A model generated the notes under the pieces. It worked only from the letters and a program-made list of their open reading frames with translations. It was not told the origin of the DNA and searched no databases. Position numbers and translations under genes: made by a program. Below, piece by piece: positions 1-8,894 of a stretch of DNA of 64,000 nt. The stretch is from the IMG/VR virus record IMGVR_UViG_3300047553_000365, positions 74,656 to 138,655 of that record; one strand, 5' to 3'. Positions within the stretch are counted from its first letter, which is position 1. Every line of letters begins with the position of its first letter. The stretch is from a virus.

Positions 1-195
1 AAAGTAAAGAATACCATCTTCAGGAACAGTATTATTAATCATGACCAACATCTTCTCTGCGGAATCCTGTGCGTTTAAATGTCCACGGGTTTCCCAGATT
101 GGAGTAGGCCAATTAGGATTATGATAGGCATGAAAGTCACTACTAAAGTATAACTTACTCTTTTCTTCCCACTTGTGTTTTATTATTCGATACAT
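1..195 (-). CDS. calcineurin-like metallophosphoesterase, 3' end truncated by window edge (not in ORF track)
   Basis: Hand translation from ATG at 195: MYRIIKHKWEEKSKLYFSSDFHAYHN...INNTVPEDGILYF. Contains the hhhSDxH metal motif; frame is open to the window edge. Confidence 0.8.
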   Translation of the reverse strand, partial: MYRIIKHKWEEKSKLYFSSDFHAYHNPNWPTPIWETRGHLNAQDSAEKMLVMINNTVPEDGILYF

Positions 196-427
196 GTTCT
201 TTTAAGTATTCTACGATATCATCTGTTCCTGTCAGTCTACCAGTAATCTCTCCATTGTCAAATGTAATTAGAACGGGGGTAGACTTAACATTTCGCTTTT
301 TAAATTCCTTGGGGTTGTCCTTGGAGTTAAAGTATTCCACTTCAAGGTTGTTCTGTTCCAGCTTTCTTTTTAATACAAATCCTAAGCCCTCCCAAATATT
401 TAAAAATAATATATAATCATTTTTCAT
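155..427 (-). CDS. thioredoxin/glutaredoxin-fold protein with no cysteines
   Basis: Trx-like layout including VKSTPVL cis-Pro region; WEGLG where WCxxC is expected. Confidence 0.55.
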   Translation of the reverse strand: MKNDYILFLNIWEGLGFVLKRKLEQNNLEVEYFNSKDNPKEFKKRNVKSTPVLITFDNGEITGRLTGTDDIVEYLKEHVSNNKTQVGRKE

Positions 428-434
428 ATATTAA

Positions 435-701
435 TCAACATCTGGGGGTGCATCTCTTACAAGGACAGGAGATGAAGTGAATACAGGATTGTTTAGTTAC
501 CTTATCTACACCAGTCCCATTACAACGCTCACATTGTTTATGTAAACAATCATTATCTTCATTACTATTTGTCCAAAGAGGTTTGAAATCTTCGAAAGGA
601 TCTATCTTATTATCACTTCTCACAAATTCTGAAAAAGTGATTTCTCCCCTTCCTATAACTTCACTGAGTTTAGGTAATTTATCTTTATCTATATCATTCA
701 T
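435..701 (-). CDS. small Cys-rich (Zn-binding) protein
   Basis: CLHKQCERCNGTG...CIHFISCPCKRC; ATGA overlap with the RNA ligase stop. Confidence 0.6.
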   Translation of the reverse strand: MNDIDKDKLPKLSEVIGRGEITFSEFVRSDNKIDPFEDFKPLWTNSNEDNDCLHKQCERCNGTGVDKVTKQSCIHFISCPCKRCTPRC

Positions 702-1780
702 ATATTAAGTTTGTTTTCCATATATTTTTGAACGAGCTTATCATCAATGAAGGCTTTGTCAAGCATAGTAAATGCCATGCTTTTCTCTATTCCAGTTCGG
801 AATCTAGTTTGAATTGCTATGGCTTGATCCTTACGAGTATCTAGCTTCTTTATGTAAGTATCCAACTCATATTCGATATCTTCAACATCCTTACGAAAGT
901 CATTAAAGGCATTCACAACATCTTGCATATAGTCCTTACACTTCTCTGCAATTTCGTGATCCATAGTATCTTCCACATACTTATAGAATTCGTCATAAGT
1001 AGTAGGACGATGAGATTCCATGAAAACACCAAGAACTTGCTTTACCCCCTTAACACCAGTAGCAAGAGCATGAAGAGACAAATACCAATCTGCTTTACAC
1101 TTACGAAGATATTGACCACATTCTGAATACAATACAACACCTTCCTTACCTTCCCACATCTTTACATCTTCAATACAGTCATGTATAGAATCAAACTCAT
1201 AACGCTTAGGACGATTCATATACCATGTATCGGCCAATACATCCAAATAAGATTGAGAAGTCAATTCACCAGTTTCATTGTTTATGATGCCGATAAGTGA
1301 CAGAGTAGGTTCCTTAGCATTGTTAATAACAATGACATTACTAGGAGTAGTCCATTCGGTAAGAATCGAATAGTAGTCAGAAAACAGAAAAAGATTGTTT
1401 ACGAATTTAGAATACTTCTTCTTAAGAAATTCTATTTCCTTACCATTTACCATCTGTTCTGCATTAACAGTTCCACGGGTTCTGTGTATGATTTCTTCAT
1501 TGTGGCATCCCCAGATAAGCAGAGAACCATCCATCTTTTCAATTGCAGTAAATCCCCCATTGGGAAACTTATTCAAATCAGGCTTTTCAGACCAGTTAAA
1601 GAACTTATTAAATCCACGGGAAATAACCTTATGATCGGACTTACGCACAATCATAGAACGAAACTTAAGATTGTCTTCAGTCCAAGTGCAACGAATATCA
1701 TTAGGAGTAATAAGGACACAATCATCCCCTCCTATGACACAATCTTTAAAGTTGAAATTTTCTGTATCGGGCAAATTCAT
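698..1780 (-). CDS. rnlA: RNA ligase, T4 Rnl1-like
   Basis: RGFNKFFN, motif I EKMDGSL, EGVVLY, RKCKADWY. Confidence 0.85.
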   Translation of the reverse strand: MNLPDTENFNFKDCVIGGDDCVLITPNDIRCTWTEDNLKFRSMIVRKSDHKVISRGFNKFFNWSEKPDLNKFPNGGFTAIEKMDGSLLIWGCHNEEIIHRTRGTVNAEQMVNGKEIEFLKKKYSKFVNNLFLFSDYYSILTEWTTPSNVIVINNAKEPTLSLIGIINNETGELTSQSYLDVLADTWYMNRPKRYEFDSIHDCIEDVKMWEGKEGVVLYSECGQYLRKCKADWYLSLHALATGVKGVKQVLGVFMESHRPTTYDEFYKYVEDTMDHEIAEKCKDYMQDVVNAFNDFRKDVEDIEYELDTYIKKLDTRKDQAIAIQTRFRTGIEKSMAFTMLDKAFIDDKLVQKYMENKLNI

Positions 1781-1786
1781 GTAAGC

Positions 1787-1807
1787 ATAGTAAGTCGGTT
1801 TTAATTA
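1787..1807 (-). promoter_or_regulatory. early/middle promoter (box + -10), leaderless
   Basis: TAATTAAAACCG-ACT-TACTAT-6 nt-ATG(1780). Confidence 0.8.
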
Positions 1808-1808
1808 C

Positions 1809-2195
1809 TTATTCCCAAAGTCCCATTACTAGACCATAAGCTTCTGCCCTAGTAGATGCATTACACATCCACCAGTAGGAACATCCTTGATATCCAACAG
1901 CCCTTAGATAAAGATATTCTATCTTTTCTTGATACTCTTCAACCAATTCTTCTTCGTTCCACATTGTTAATTCTAATTTTCTCATGGAATCAAGACTTTT
2001 AAAATAGTTGGGAGGTATAACTCTCTTCTCTCCATTAGGGGTAGTTCCTCTTAAACAGAATTCTCCCCGTTTAAGTTCAGTCCATCCTAGATGTTCTAGA
2101 ATCTTAATTCTCTTTTCCTCCGTAGTCATAATCAATTTATTTGATATATAGTAGTATTTGTAATCCAATAGGCGGAATGATAACTCTTTTTCCAA
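1809..2195 (-). CDS. hypothetical protein
   Basis: ORF in minus-strand operon; true start is probably the internal MTTEEK. Confidence 0.6.
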   Translation of the reverse strand: MEKELSFRLLDYKYYYISNKLIMTTEEKRIKILEHLGWTELKRGEFCLRGTTPNGEKRVIPPNYFKSLDSMRKLELTMWNEEELVEEYQEKIEYLYLRAVGYQGCSYWWMCNASTRAEAYGLVMGLWE

Positions 2196-2326
2196 AGTTT
2201 TTTGGCCTTATTCTCTGCGGATTTTTCTGTCTTGGCGGATACATAATACTCCGACCACCCATCACAAAGATCATATCCATTATACGATTCGTGATATGTT
2301 AAAAATTTAACTGTCCAATTTTTCAT
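2132..2326 (-). CDS. hypothetical protein
   Basis: ATGA coupling to the Pth2 stop. Confidence 0.6.
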   Translation of the reverse strand: MKNWTVKFLTYHESYNGYDLCDGWSEYYVSAKTEKSAENKAKKLWKKSYHSAYWITNTTIYQIN

Positions 2327-2769
2327 AGTAGTGGTAAGCGGTCGGTTACTCCCTCAAATTTATTATCCCAATGTGGACCGATTGCAATACAAGTTTTAGT
2401 AGTTACTCCATTAAATTCAGTAGCACCATTATCTTCAACCATATGAACAATTAAACCAGCATCAAGGGCTTTCTGATAAACAGCAACCAGTTCTTCTTCG
2501 CTTTCTACATAGACACAGATTTTACGAAAAGAGTTTCTAAGCCAATGAGAAATTTCATCAACATAAATATCTGAAACAAAATCTGTGGAGAAAAAAAATG
2601 CTTTGGAACACCAAGGGGATTCGCCATCATCGTCTATAATTTCGGAATCAAGACGCATTCTCTTAGTCAAAAATGCCATAGACGCATGACAGGATTGTGC
2701 TGCAAGCTTGCCCTTACGCATATTCAAATCCTTACGGATAACTATGATTTGTTTAGTATTCATTCCCAA
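2323..2769 (-). CDS. pth2: peptidyl-tRNA hydrolase, Pth2 (archaeal/eukaryotic-type) family
   Basis: KQIIVIRKDLNMRKGKLAAQSCHAS, RKICV, DNGATE, TCIAIGP. Confidence 0.9.
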   Translation of the reverse strand: MGMNTKQIIVIRKDLNMRKGKLAAQSCHASMAFLTKRMRLDSEIIDDDGESPWCSKAFFFSTDFVSDIYVDEISHWLRNSFRKICVYVESEEELVAVYQKALDAGLIVHMVEDNGATEFNGVTTKTCIAIGPHWDNKFEGVTDRLPLL

Positions 2770-2969
2770 GAAATGGTAATAGGTTTCACATGAAGATCCT
2801 CAATTTTTAAATTTTTTGTAATTCTATATTTTGCTCCTGCTGCTTCATTAGGATCTTTATAAAGATCATTAAGATCAAGCTTATCAGAAAACCACCAGCT
2901 ACTACGAACACTATAAAAGAATTCTCCCCCAGAATTTGCTAGTGCATAATATACAATTTTCTTTTTCAT
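2760..2969 (-). CDS. hypothetical protein
   Basis: Coupled ORF in operon. Confidence 0.55.
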   Translation of the reverse strand: MKKKIVYYALANSGGEFFYSVRSSWWFSDKLDLNDLYKDPNEAAGAKYRITKNLKIEDLHVKPITISWE

Positions 2970-3583
2970 TTTCCTTTAATTCTATCGTGCTTATCACAAT
3001 CATCAAGTCTAGCAGAAAGATTATCTGCCAAATGTAATACCCATGCTTCCTTAGTAGCAGGAGCCACAGGACTACCCCATTCTCTCATACCATGATGAGA
3101 TAAAATATTATGAGTTACGTTTTCAATTCTAAAAGGAAATACCGTATCTTCATATATAGGATTGTTAATAATTCTATCAACATGTCTTTCCCACTCAATT
3201 GCGGATCTTGAAATATGATGAATTGTTCTAGCATGATTATCATGTTTCCCCCACACTCCATCATCATCCTTTTGATAATCCCAGAGTTTACCAAAATCAT
3301 GCCAAATAACACTAACAAAAACTTCGACTTGATCGAAATGATTATCATCCCCATAACTTTTATGAGTTGCCCATATACTTCTGGCTAACATCCAAACTTC
3401 ATAAGTATGTTTAAGTAATCCCCCATCACCATAATGATGATGTTCAGGTTTACCTGCACCAGACCAAATTCTAAAGTCTTCATCATTTAAGACTTTATTT
3501 ACAAAAATCTCCACCCCATAAACTCTGGCCTGATTTTTCAATTCTTTAATGTAATCTATATTCATATTATTTTTTTTCCTCAT
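2966..3583 (-). CDS. HD-domain hydrolase, YhaM/Cbf1-like
   Basis: HHHYGDGGLLKHT, WHDFGK, ILSHHG..EWGSPV.P.TKEA.VLHLAD. Confidence 0.8.
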   Translation of the reverse strand: MRKKNNMNIDYIKELKNQARVYGVEIFVNKVLNDEDFRIWSGAGKPEHHHYGDGGLLKHTYEVWMLARSIWATHKSYGDDNHFDQVEVFVSVIWHDFGKLWDYQKDDDGVWGKHDNHARTIHHISRSAIEWERHVDRIINNPIYEDTVFPFRIENVTHNILSHHGMREWGSPVAPATKEAWVLHLADNLSARLDDCDKHDRIKGK

Positions 3584-3767
3584 CTAGTGTCCAGTAATAT
3601 TCCACGGTAGTTCTATTTGATTCAAACACAAATGGAGACTCCACACATTTCAAACGAATAAAATCTTTCTTAAGATCAACATACTCTAACATCGCTTTAA
3701 TCCCTTCAAGTTTATGAGTATATATTCTACCCATAATTAGAGGCATTGTATATAAATAGAAATTCAT
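3567..3767 (-). CDS. hypothetical protein
   Basis: ORF track gives 3567..3842; start moved to MNFYLY to avoid a long overlap with the upstream gene. Confidence 0.45.
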   Translation of the reverse strand: MNFYLYTMPLIMGRIYTHKLEGIKAMLEYVDLKKDFIRLKCVESPFVFESNRTTVEYYWTLDEEKK

Positions 3768-3774
3768 ATTCAAA

Positions 3775-4071
3775 TTAATAAAAATACTTATCTTGGTCAA
3801 GCTGTTCTTGAATATAAGATGCTCTTTTAAGAATACCTCCAACAGCGTTTTTTAATTCTTCTTCCGATGGGTCTGTAATATTTGATGCAATAGGTTTTTT
3901 TATCTTATCATACTCAAGATCCAACCATTCTGATAAAGCTAAAGACTCTGAATATTTCATATTACCATCCTTTTCAAAAGTGAATCCAATGGATTTAAGA
4001 AAATCCATTCTCTGATAATATTTTTCGCAATCAGATTCTTTCCAAATTTTTATAAAATCTTTTTTATTCAT
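3775..4071 (-). CDS. hypothetical protein
   Basis: ORF in operon. Confidence 0.6.
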   Translation of the reverse strand: MNKKDFIKIWKESDCEKYYQRMDFLKSIGFTFEKDGNMKYSESLALSEWLDLEYDKIKKPIASNITDPSEEELKNAVGGILKRASYIQEQLDQDKYFY

Positions 4072-4085
4072 TGGTTTGTTATGTT

Positions 4086-4436
4086 TTACTTTAGTAAGAA
4101 ATAGGTTCCAAACAGAGTAGCATAGTGAATTAATTGGTCAATACCCACACAATCCCAGAATTGCTTATTAGGATAGTGTTTAGCATTGTATCGGGAAGTA
4201 ATAGCATCCGTAAGAAAGTGTAAAATGGTATTAGATTGCACCCAGATCAACGCACAGACGATTGAAGCAAATGGTAGGATAAGTCCCGCAATAGCCAATC
4301 CAGCAAGGTATACAAGGACATGGACGCTTAATGCATTCCAGTTCTTACTCTTGTTTTCTGCCATCCATCTAGTCTGCAAAAGCCAATCAAAGGTGGTATG
4401 CATTGCCAGTATTGTTAATATTTGTAAGTATGTCAT
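4086..4436 (-). CDS. membrane protein, DUF3307-like
   Basis: HTTFDWLLQTRWMAENK, H..TD, GIDQLIH with hydrophobic segments. Confidence 0.7.
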   Translation of the reverse strand: MTYLQILTILAMHTTFDWLLQTRWMAENKSKNWNALSVHVLVYLAGLAIAGLILPFASIVCALIWVQSNTILHFLTDAITSRYNAKHYPNKQFWDCVGIDQLIHYATLFGTYFLLK

Positions 4437-4636
4437 AATGTTTTGTTTAATAGGTTAGTAACTTCATCTTTCATTGAGATTAAATTTTCTAATGCGTTGG
4501 TTAAGGCTTCTTCATCAGACATTCCTTCTCCAATAATCATAAACCCATCATGATGTTTTTCATCATATTCCTGTCCCTTTATAATAACTTGTCTTGTGCC
4601 ACAAGGCCATCCTATCAATGCAATTTTGTTATTCAT
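4433..4636 (-). CDS. hypothetical protein
   Basis: ATGA-coupled ORF. Confidence 0.55.
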   Translation of the reverse strand: MNNKIALIGWPCGTRQVIIKGQEYDEKHHDGFMIIGEGMSDEEALTNALENLISMKDEVTNLLNKTL

Positions 4637-5079
4637 GGGTTTAAGAGTTCGGGATTTTCAAAAATGTTGCCAACAACTTCATACCGACCCATTGTTTGAT
4701 TCAGTGGATACTGTTCTTGAAAGATAGATCCCAAAATAGAATGATTTAATTCATGTAAGTGATAAGAGGGGGAGTGCATTTTATTTAAAGAAACTGCTAC
4801 AGCAAATCCAACTTCTTCGTATTTAGACCAAACAACCAATTGAGGATTTCCCCAATCTTCATCTGATGTTTCGTTAATAATCAAGTCTCCCTCATAAATC
4901 TCTTTTCCATTTTTGTCTTTTAATCCTGTGTATTGTTGAACTATTTGATCCCTACACTCATATTCATACTTAGATTTTTCTCCAAACAATACTTCACCAT
5001 CAAGAGAAATTAAGAAATCTCTGCCCGTAGACCATTCTTTTTTGGATTCATCCCATAATCTAAATTTAAGTGTTTTCAT
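4633..5079 (-). CDS. YopX family protein
   Basis: LKFRLWD, QQYTGLKDKNGKEIYEGD, EVVGNIFENPELL. Confidence 0.9.
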   Translation of the reverse strand: MKTLKFRLWDESKKEWSTGRDFLISLDGEVLFGEKSKYEYECRDQIVQQYTGLKDKNGKEIYEGDLIINETSDEDWGNPQLVVWSKYEEVGFAVAVSLNKMHSPSYHLHELNHSILGSIFQEQYPLNQTMGRYEVVGNIFENPELLNP

Positions 5080-5507
5080 AATCCAAAATAAGGAGTATTT
5101 TCTACTTGTTTTAAAATTTGAAGCTCTCTTTGGGCTTCCTCTTCCAACATATCAGGAGTCTCAAAAATGTTACCAACTACTTCATCACCACCGGGAATAT
5201 AAAATCCTCCAATTTCATCAGATTCAATATTTTTTCCCATTTCATATGTAGGATCTTCTTTGGAGTATCTTACCACTCTAATAGACCAATCCCAAACACC
5301 ACGACCATAGTGTATATAGCTCTTAACAAGATCCCCCTCATATACAGGAACCCCTTTAATATCTTTAAATCCAATATACTGTTGAATAGTTAGACCCTTA
5401 ACATTAGCAAAGAACCACCCCAATCTATTCCTTCCTTCTGTAGTAAAGGAATAGATAAATTTATTTTCCTTGGGATTCCAAGCTCTGAATTTAAGTTCTT
5501 TACTCAT
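5076..5507 (-). CDS. YopX family protein
   Basis: LKFRAWN, QQYIGFKDIKG..VYEGD, EVVGNIFETPDML. Confidence 0.9.
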   Translation of the reverse strand: MSKELKFRAWNPKENKFIYSFTTEGRNRLGWFFANVKGLTIQQYIGFKDIKGVPVYEGDLVKSYIHYGRGVWDWSIRVVRYSKEDPTYEMGKNIESDEIGGFYIPGGDEVVGNIFETPDMLEEEAQRELQILKQVENTPYFGL

Positions 5508-6586
5508 TATCTTACAGCAGCAGGAATATAGTTAAGGTTTGCAGTAGACAGATTTTGAACCTTAGTAGATGCATAGAGAGAAAGATCGGAAATAGTGTGT
5601 GCATATCTACGATAATCCAATGCGCTATCTGCTTCAATCTTAGTCTTTCTGTGTTTAATTCTAGCATTAGTAAAACGACCATCCCATGCATAAGTTTCAT
5701 CATCTCCCGTATTAGACAGATAATTGAACTTGGTCTTATTCAAAAGGTGTCCGTTATTATGGTGCAAGTCGAGAACTTTGTCAACCCATAATTCCTTTTC
5801 CTTGGCATTTCTAGGATGTTGAAACAGGAATTCCGTAGCATCCCCCCAAAGCTTACCACCATAAGCCTCATCCCAACAAAATTCTCTATAACCATAGAAA
5901 ATATCAGAAATAAGCTTGTTAGTAATATCTTCAGGTCTTTTACCTTTTTCAAGGTAAACTCGCAATGCTCCACTATCATACAAATGAAGACAATCCTTAG
6001 ATACGGACTTAATACGAGTATACATACCTTTGGGATATTGCTTACTCTCATGCAGCATAGCTTGGTCATTGAAGTGTCTAAACTCACGAATGACAGAGTA
6101 TTCCAATGCTCTACGAACTTCATTATACATATCCTCCACGGTCTGTTCGTAGGTTTCCTCAATTCGTCTGACCCTATTAGAATGGTTTAACGAATTTGAA
6201 CCAGCAAAGTAATTCAAAAGACTAAGGGTGTAGAAGTCGAAAAATTTAGTAATACAATTAGGAAGCTTTTCAGGTTGAAAATTATCCTCTTCATCCCATT
6301 CATCCTCAATTTCGACAGTCCATTTAGAATCTAGCTTCTTAGCATTCTTATTCTTACCAACCTCTACCGCCGTCACATTATACTTAACAGTGGGTTTATG
6401 CTTAATATGCTTACCACCCGCCACACTCTTCGCCTTTGGTTTTGCTTTAGTTTTCATATCTGGTTTTTCTTCGATAGGGGCATTATACCCGGTTTTAATT
6501 ACTTCTTCCTTTTCTAAAAAGAATAGATTCGCTCCTGTAAGGACTTTTAACAACATTTCATCAGGTTTCGTATTCATATCATTCAT
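5507..6586 (-). CDS. hypothetical protein (probable start at 6457, MKTKAK)
   Basis: Long ORF with YGGKLW and VDKVLDLHHNNG segments; an internal promoter lies at 6482-6501. Confidence 0.7.
   Translation of the reverse strand: MNDMNTKPDEMLLKVLTGANLFFLEKEEVIKTGYNAPIEEKPDMKTKAKPKAKSVAGGKHIKHKPTVKYNVTAVEVGKNKNAKKLDSKWTVEIEDEWDEEDNFQPEKLPNCITKFFDFYTLSLLNYFAGSNSLNHSNRVRRIEETYEQTVEDMYNEVRRALEYSVIREFRHFNDQAMLHESKQYPKGMYTRIKSVSKDCLHLYDSGALRVYLEKGKRPEDITNKLISDIFYGYREFCWDEAYGGKLWGDATEFLFQHPRNAKEKELWVDKVLDLHHNNGHLLNKTKFNYLSNTGDDETYAWDGRFTNARIKHRKTKIEADSALDYRRYAHTISDLSLYASTKVQNLSTANLNYIPAAVR
6482..6501 (-). promoter_or_regulatory. early/middle promoter embedded in ORF
   Basis: TAATTAAAACCG-GG-TATAAT. Confidence 0.7.
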
Positions 6587-7118
6587 GTTTGGTTTCTAAA
6601 AATGCTTTAACATCTTTCTCAAAGGTGCAATCAGGAAAATTAACACCATAGTAATCATCAACCTGAAGGTAGTTACCACCCCCAAGTTTTATACCTATAT
6701 ACTGTAGCTTCTCAAAGTTCTTATGAATGGGAAGATTGTCAATCAGAACATTATTAGGATTTGCTAGTTTAGAGGGAATGACATAACCACCACCATAAGC
6801 ACCCCGAACATAATTGTTTTGTAGGTCTTCCATTGCATGAATGGTTTGATATGTGAAATCAAATTTACCCAAAACATTTATCTCCATAGCATAGTGTCTC
6901 ATGGCAGCAGTAAGGATGAACACCTTATCTTTACCAACTAATTCTCTTGCAAATCTCAATACTTCTTTCGCTTCTGGTCTTATGATAGTATAATATACTC
7001 CATCGGCCAAAACAATAGTAAAATGCTCTTGTTCAGGCTCATCAATACTAGAATAGACCAAAGTTTCATCTAGGTCAAAAAATACATTCTCTATCATATT
7101 ACAGTTTAAGTGATTCAA
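6579..7118 (-). CDS. HAD phosphatase, FCP1/NIF type
   Basis: FFDLDETLVYS, IRP, ILTAA, LIDN. Confidence 0.8.
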   Translation of the reverse strand: MNHLNCNMIENVFFDLDETLVYSSIDEPEQEHFTIVLADGVYYTIIRPEAKEVLRFARELVGKDKVFILTAAMRHYAMEINVLGKFDFTYQTIHAMEDLQNNYVRGAYGGGYVIPSKLANPNNVLIDNLPIHKNFEKLQYIGIKLGGGNYLQVDDYYGVNFPDCTFEKDVKAFLETKHE

Positions 7119-7503
7119 TAATGCTTTCCTTCTGTCTAATCAAAGTTTCTTCAGGAACATTGTGAGTATTCTTACCACCGTGACGATTTTCCATCACAAT
7201 AAAATGCACAGGAATACCACGGGATCTTGCAGTAGATGCATAGAATTCAAAGTCCTTAGTTTTAGTATTGGTATTGGCAATCACGATGTTCTCAATAGAA
7301 TCATCATCCAATGCCTTAAGAAACTTATCCTTACACCAACCATGTGCCTTGGGAATGTCCTTAACATTCCAGTTATAGAAACCATAGGTTTCATAATACC
7401 AATCATCTGCGGTGCAGATAACTTTAGGATCTGCAATAAGATTGGAGAAGGTAGACTTACCGCTACCACTCACACCACGAATGATAATAACACTCTTTTT
7501 CAT
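7099..7503 (-). CDS. P-loop kinase, polynucleotide-kinase-like (AAA_33)
   Basis: IIIRGVSGSGKST, ICTADD, ANTN, HNVPEETL. Confidence 0.8.
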   Translation of the reverse strand: MKKSVIIIRGVSGSGKSTFSNLIADPKVICTADDWYYETYGFYNWNVKDIPKAHGWCKDKFLKALDDDSIENIVIANTNTKTKDFEFYASTARSRGIPVHFIVMENRHGGKNTHNVPEETLIRQKESIIESLKL

Positions 7504-7509
7504 GCGCCT

Positions 7510-7530
7510 ATCATATCCCGGTTTTAATTA
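7510..7530 (-). promoter_or_regulatory. early/middle promoter, leaderless
   Basis: TAATTAAAACCG-GGA-TATGAT-6 nt-ATG(7503). Confidence 0.8.
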
Positions 7531-7534
7531 CTAC

Positions 7535-7882
7535 TTATTTCCCTCTTTTGATCTTTTCCTTACGAATAGCCTTAGATTCTTTTTTATTAGGAATATGAGG
7601 AAGTCCTTCCAAAACATCAATAAAATCCCCCACATTAACAGCCATACGAATCGAAGGATATTCTATTCCACAATATTTTATATTGGGAACTATAAAAACT
7701 ATATTAGATTTACGATCATAACCATTAATACCAATAGGCTTTTGATTTAAAATATACCTAGGATTAAAAGTTAAAATTTCTTCCTTGGTAATTCTGGGAA
7801 GTTTGATTCTTTCATATTCATCCCACCCAAGGCTAACTAAAACATCTATAAGTTCTCTTTCGGTGTTCATACTACAACACAA
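7535..7882 (-). CDS. hypothetical protein
   Basis: ORF in operon. Confidence 0.6.
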   Translation of the reverse strand: MCCSMNTERELIDVLVSLGWDEYERIKLPRITKEEILTFNPRYILNQKPIGINGYDRKSNIVFIVPNIKYCGIEYPSIRMAVNVGDFIDVLEGLPHIPNKKESKAIRKEKIKRGK

Positions 7883-8339
7883 TTTTAATTTTAGAAACTT
7901 TATTTAAAATTTCCTCTCTAATTTTATCTACTGATATCTTTGGAGGATTTTTCTTTTTATAATCACTATCATCATAACTACCCCAAGAACACCCATAATA
8001 ATAGGGTTCCCCACTTTTAGTCTTATTACAACAAGGATTATACTTTTCAGCTATTTCCATAAGTTTGAATGTATAATGATAGAAACTATCAAAATTCCAA
8101 ACATCATATTCGAAAGAGGACGCACTACTATATCCTTCTTCTCTGGCAAGAACCATTATCTCTTCTTCCTTCTTTTCTTGTAGTTCCTTATTATTAGGCC
8201 ACTCATGTCCCCAAATATCGTTTTCATCATTTCTATTTGAAAACATAATACCAGAGTAATAGTAAATATTACCACTTTTATCAAACTCATATATTTCCAT
8301 ATGAGTTTCATCAACTTTATGTTCTATCGTTATGCTCAT
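7872..8339 (-). CDS. hypothetical protein
   Basis: ATGA-coupled ORF. Confidence 0.6.
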   Translation of the reverse strand: MSITIEHKVDETHMEIYEFDKSGNIYYYSGIMFSNRNDENDIWGHEWPNNKELQEKKEEEIMVLAREEGYSSASSFEYDVWNFDSFYHYTFKLMEIAEKYNPCCNKTKSGEPYYYGCSWGSYDDSDYKKKNPPKISVDKIREEILNKVSKIKIVL

Positions 8340-8893
8340 GATATTAGCTCTAACTTATTAATCTCTTTCATAACATCATCTTCGGAAAGATGATATAAAT
8401 TATAAATTGGTATATTTCTACTTTTTGCAATTCTCATGGCTTGCCCTGTTCCTCCTACATCGGTTCCATCATGTGTCCAACATATAACAAAACTACTATC
8501 GGGTTCATTATTCACATAACCACAAATTTGTCTATAGTTTCTAGCATGAAAATAACCATCTGGAACATTAGGTTTTCCCTCCTTATTTATAATATATGAT
8601 CCTCTAGGATGGAACTTTACTACAGATTTAAAAGCCTCTTCATCATAATCAGATAAAATCCTATATGTATGTTGAGGATGAGAATCTTTAAATTTTTTGT
8701 TAAAATTATTCCAAGGCAACCATATTTGTGCATCACAACCCTTAACACCTTTAGCAAATGCTTGATCTGCGCCCTCGGCATTACCTGATCTTAAAGTATA
8801 TCCCATACATTCAAGTTTACCTGCAATACTAGTCATAGTCTTAGAAATATCATCAGGAATAGTCCTAGATCCTATACCAGCATAATACTTCAT
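8336..8893 (-). CDS. SLOG (DprA/Smf-like) superfamily protein
   Basis: YAGIGSR, LRSGNAEGADQAF, ARNYRQI, GGTGQAMRIA. Confidence 0.8.
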   Translation of the reverse strand: MKYYAGIGSRTIPDDISKTMTSIAGKLECMGYTLRSGNAEGADQAFAKGVKGCDAQIWLPWNNFNKKFKDSHPQHTYRILSDYDEEAFKSVVKFHPRGSYIINKEGKPNVPDGYFHARNYRQICGYVNNEPDSSFVICWTHDGTDVGGTGQAMRIAKSRNIPIYNLYHLSEDDVMKEINKLELIS

Positions 8894-8894
8894 A

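Noticed and set aside
3751-3758. Perfect T4 late promoter TATAAATA on the plus strand
   Set aside because: It lies antisense within an early gene with no downstream ORF and is plausible by chance in AT-rich DNA.
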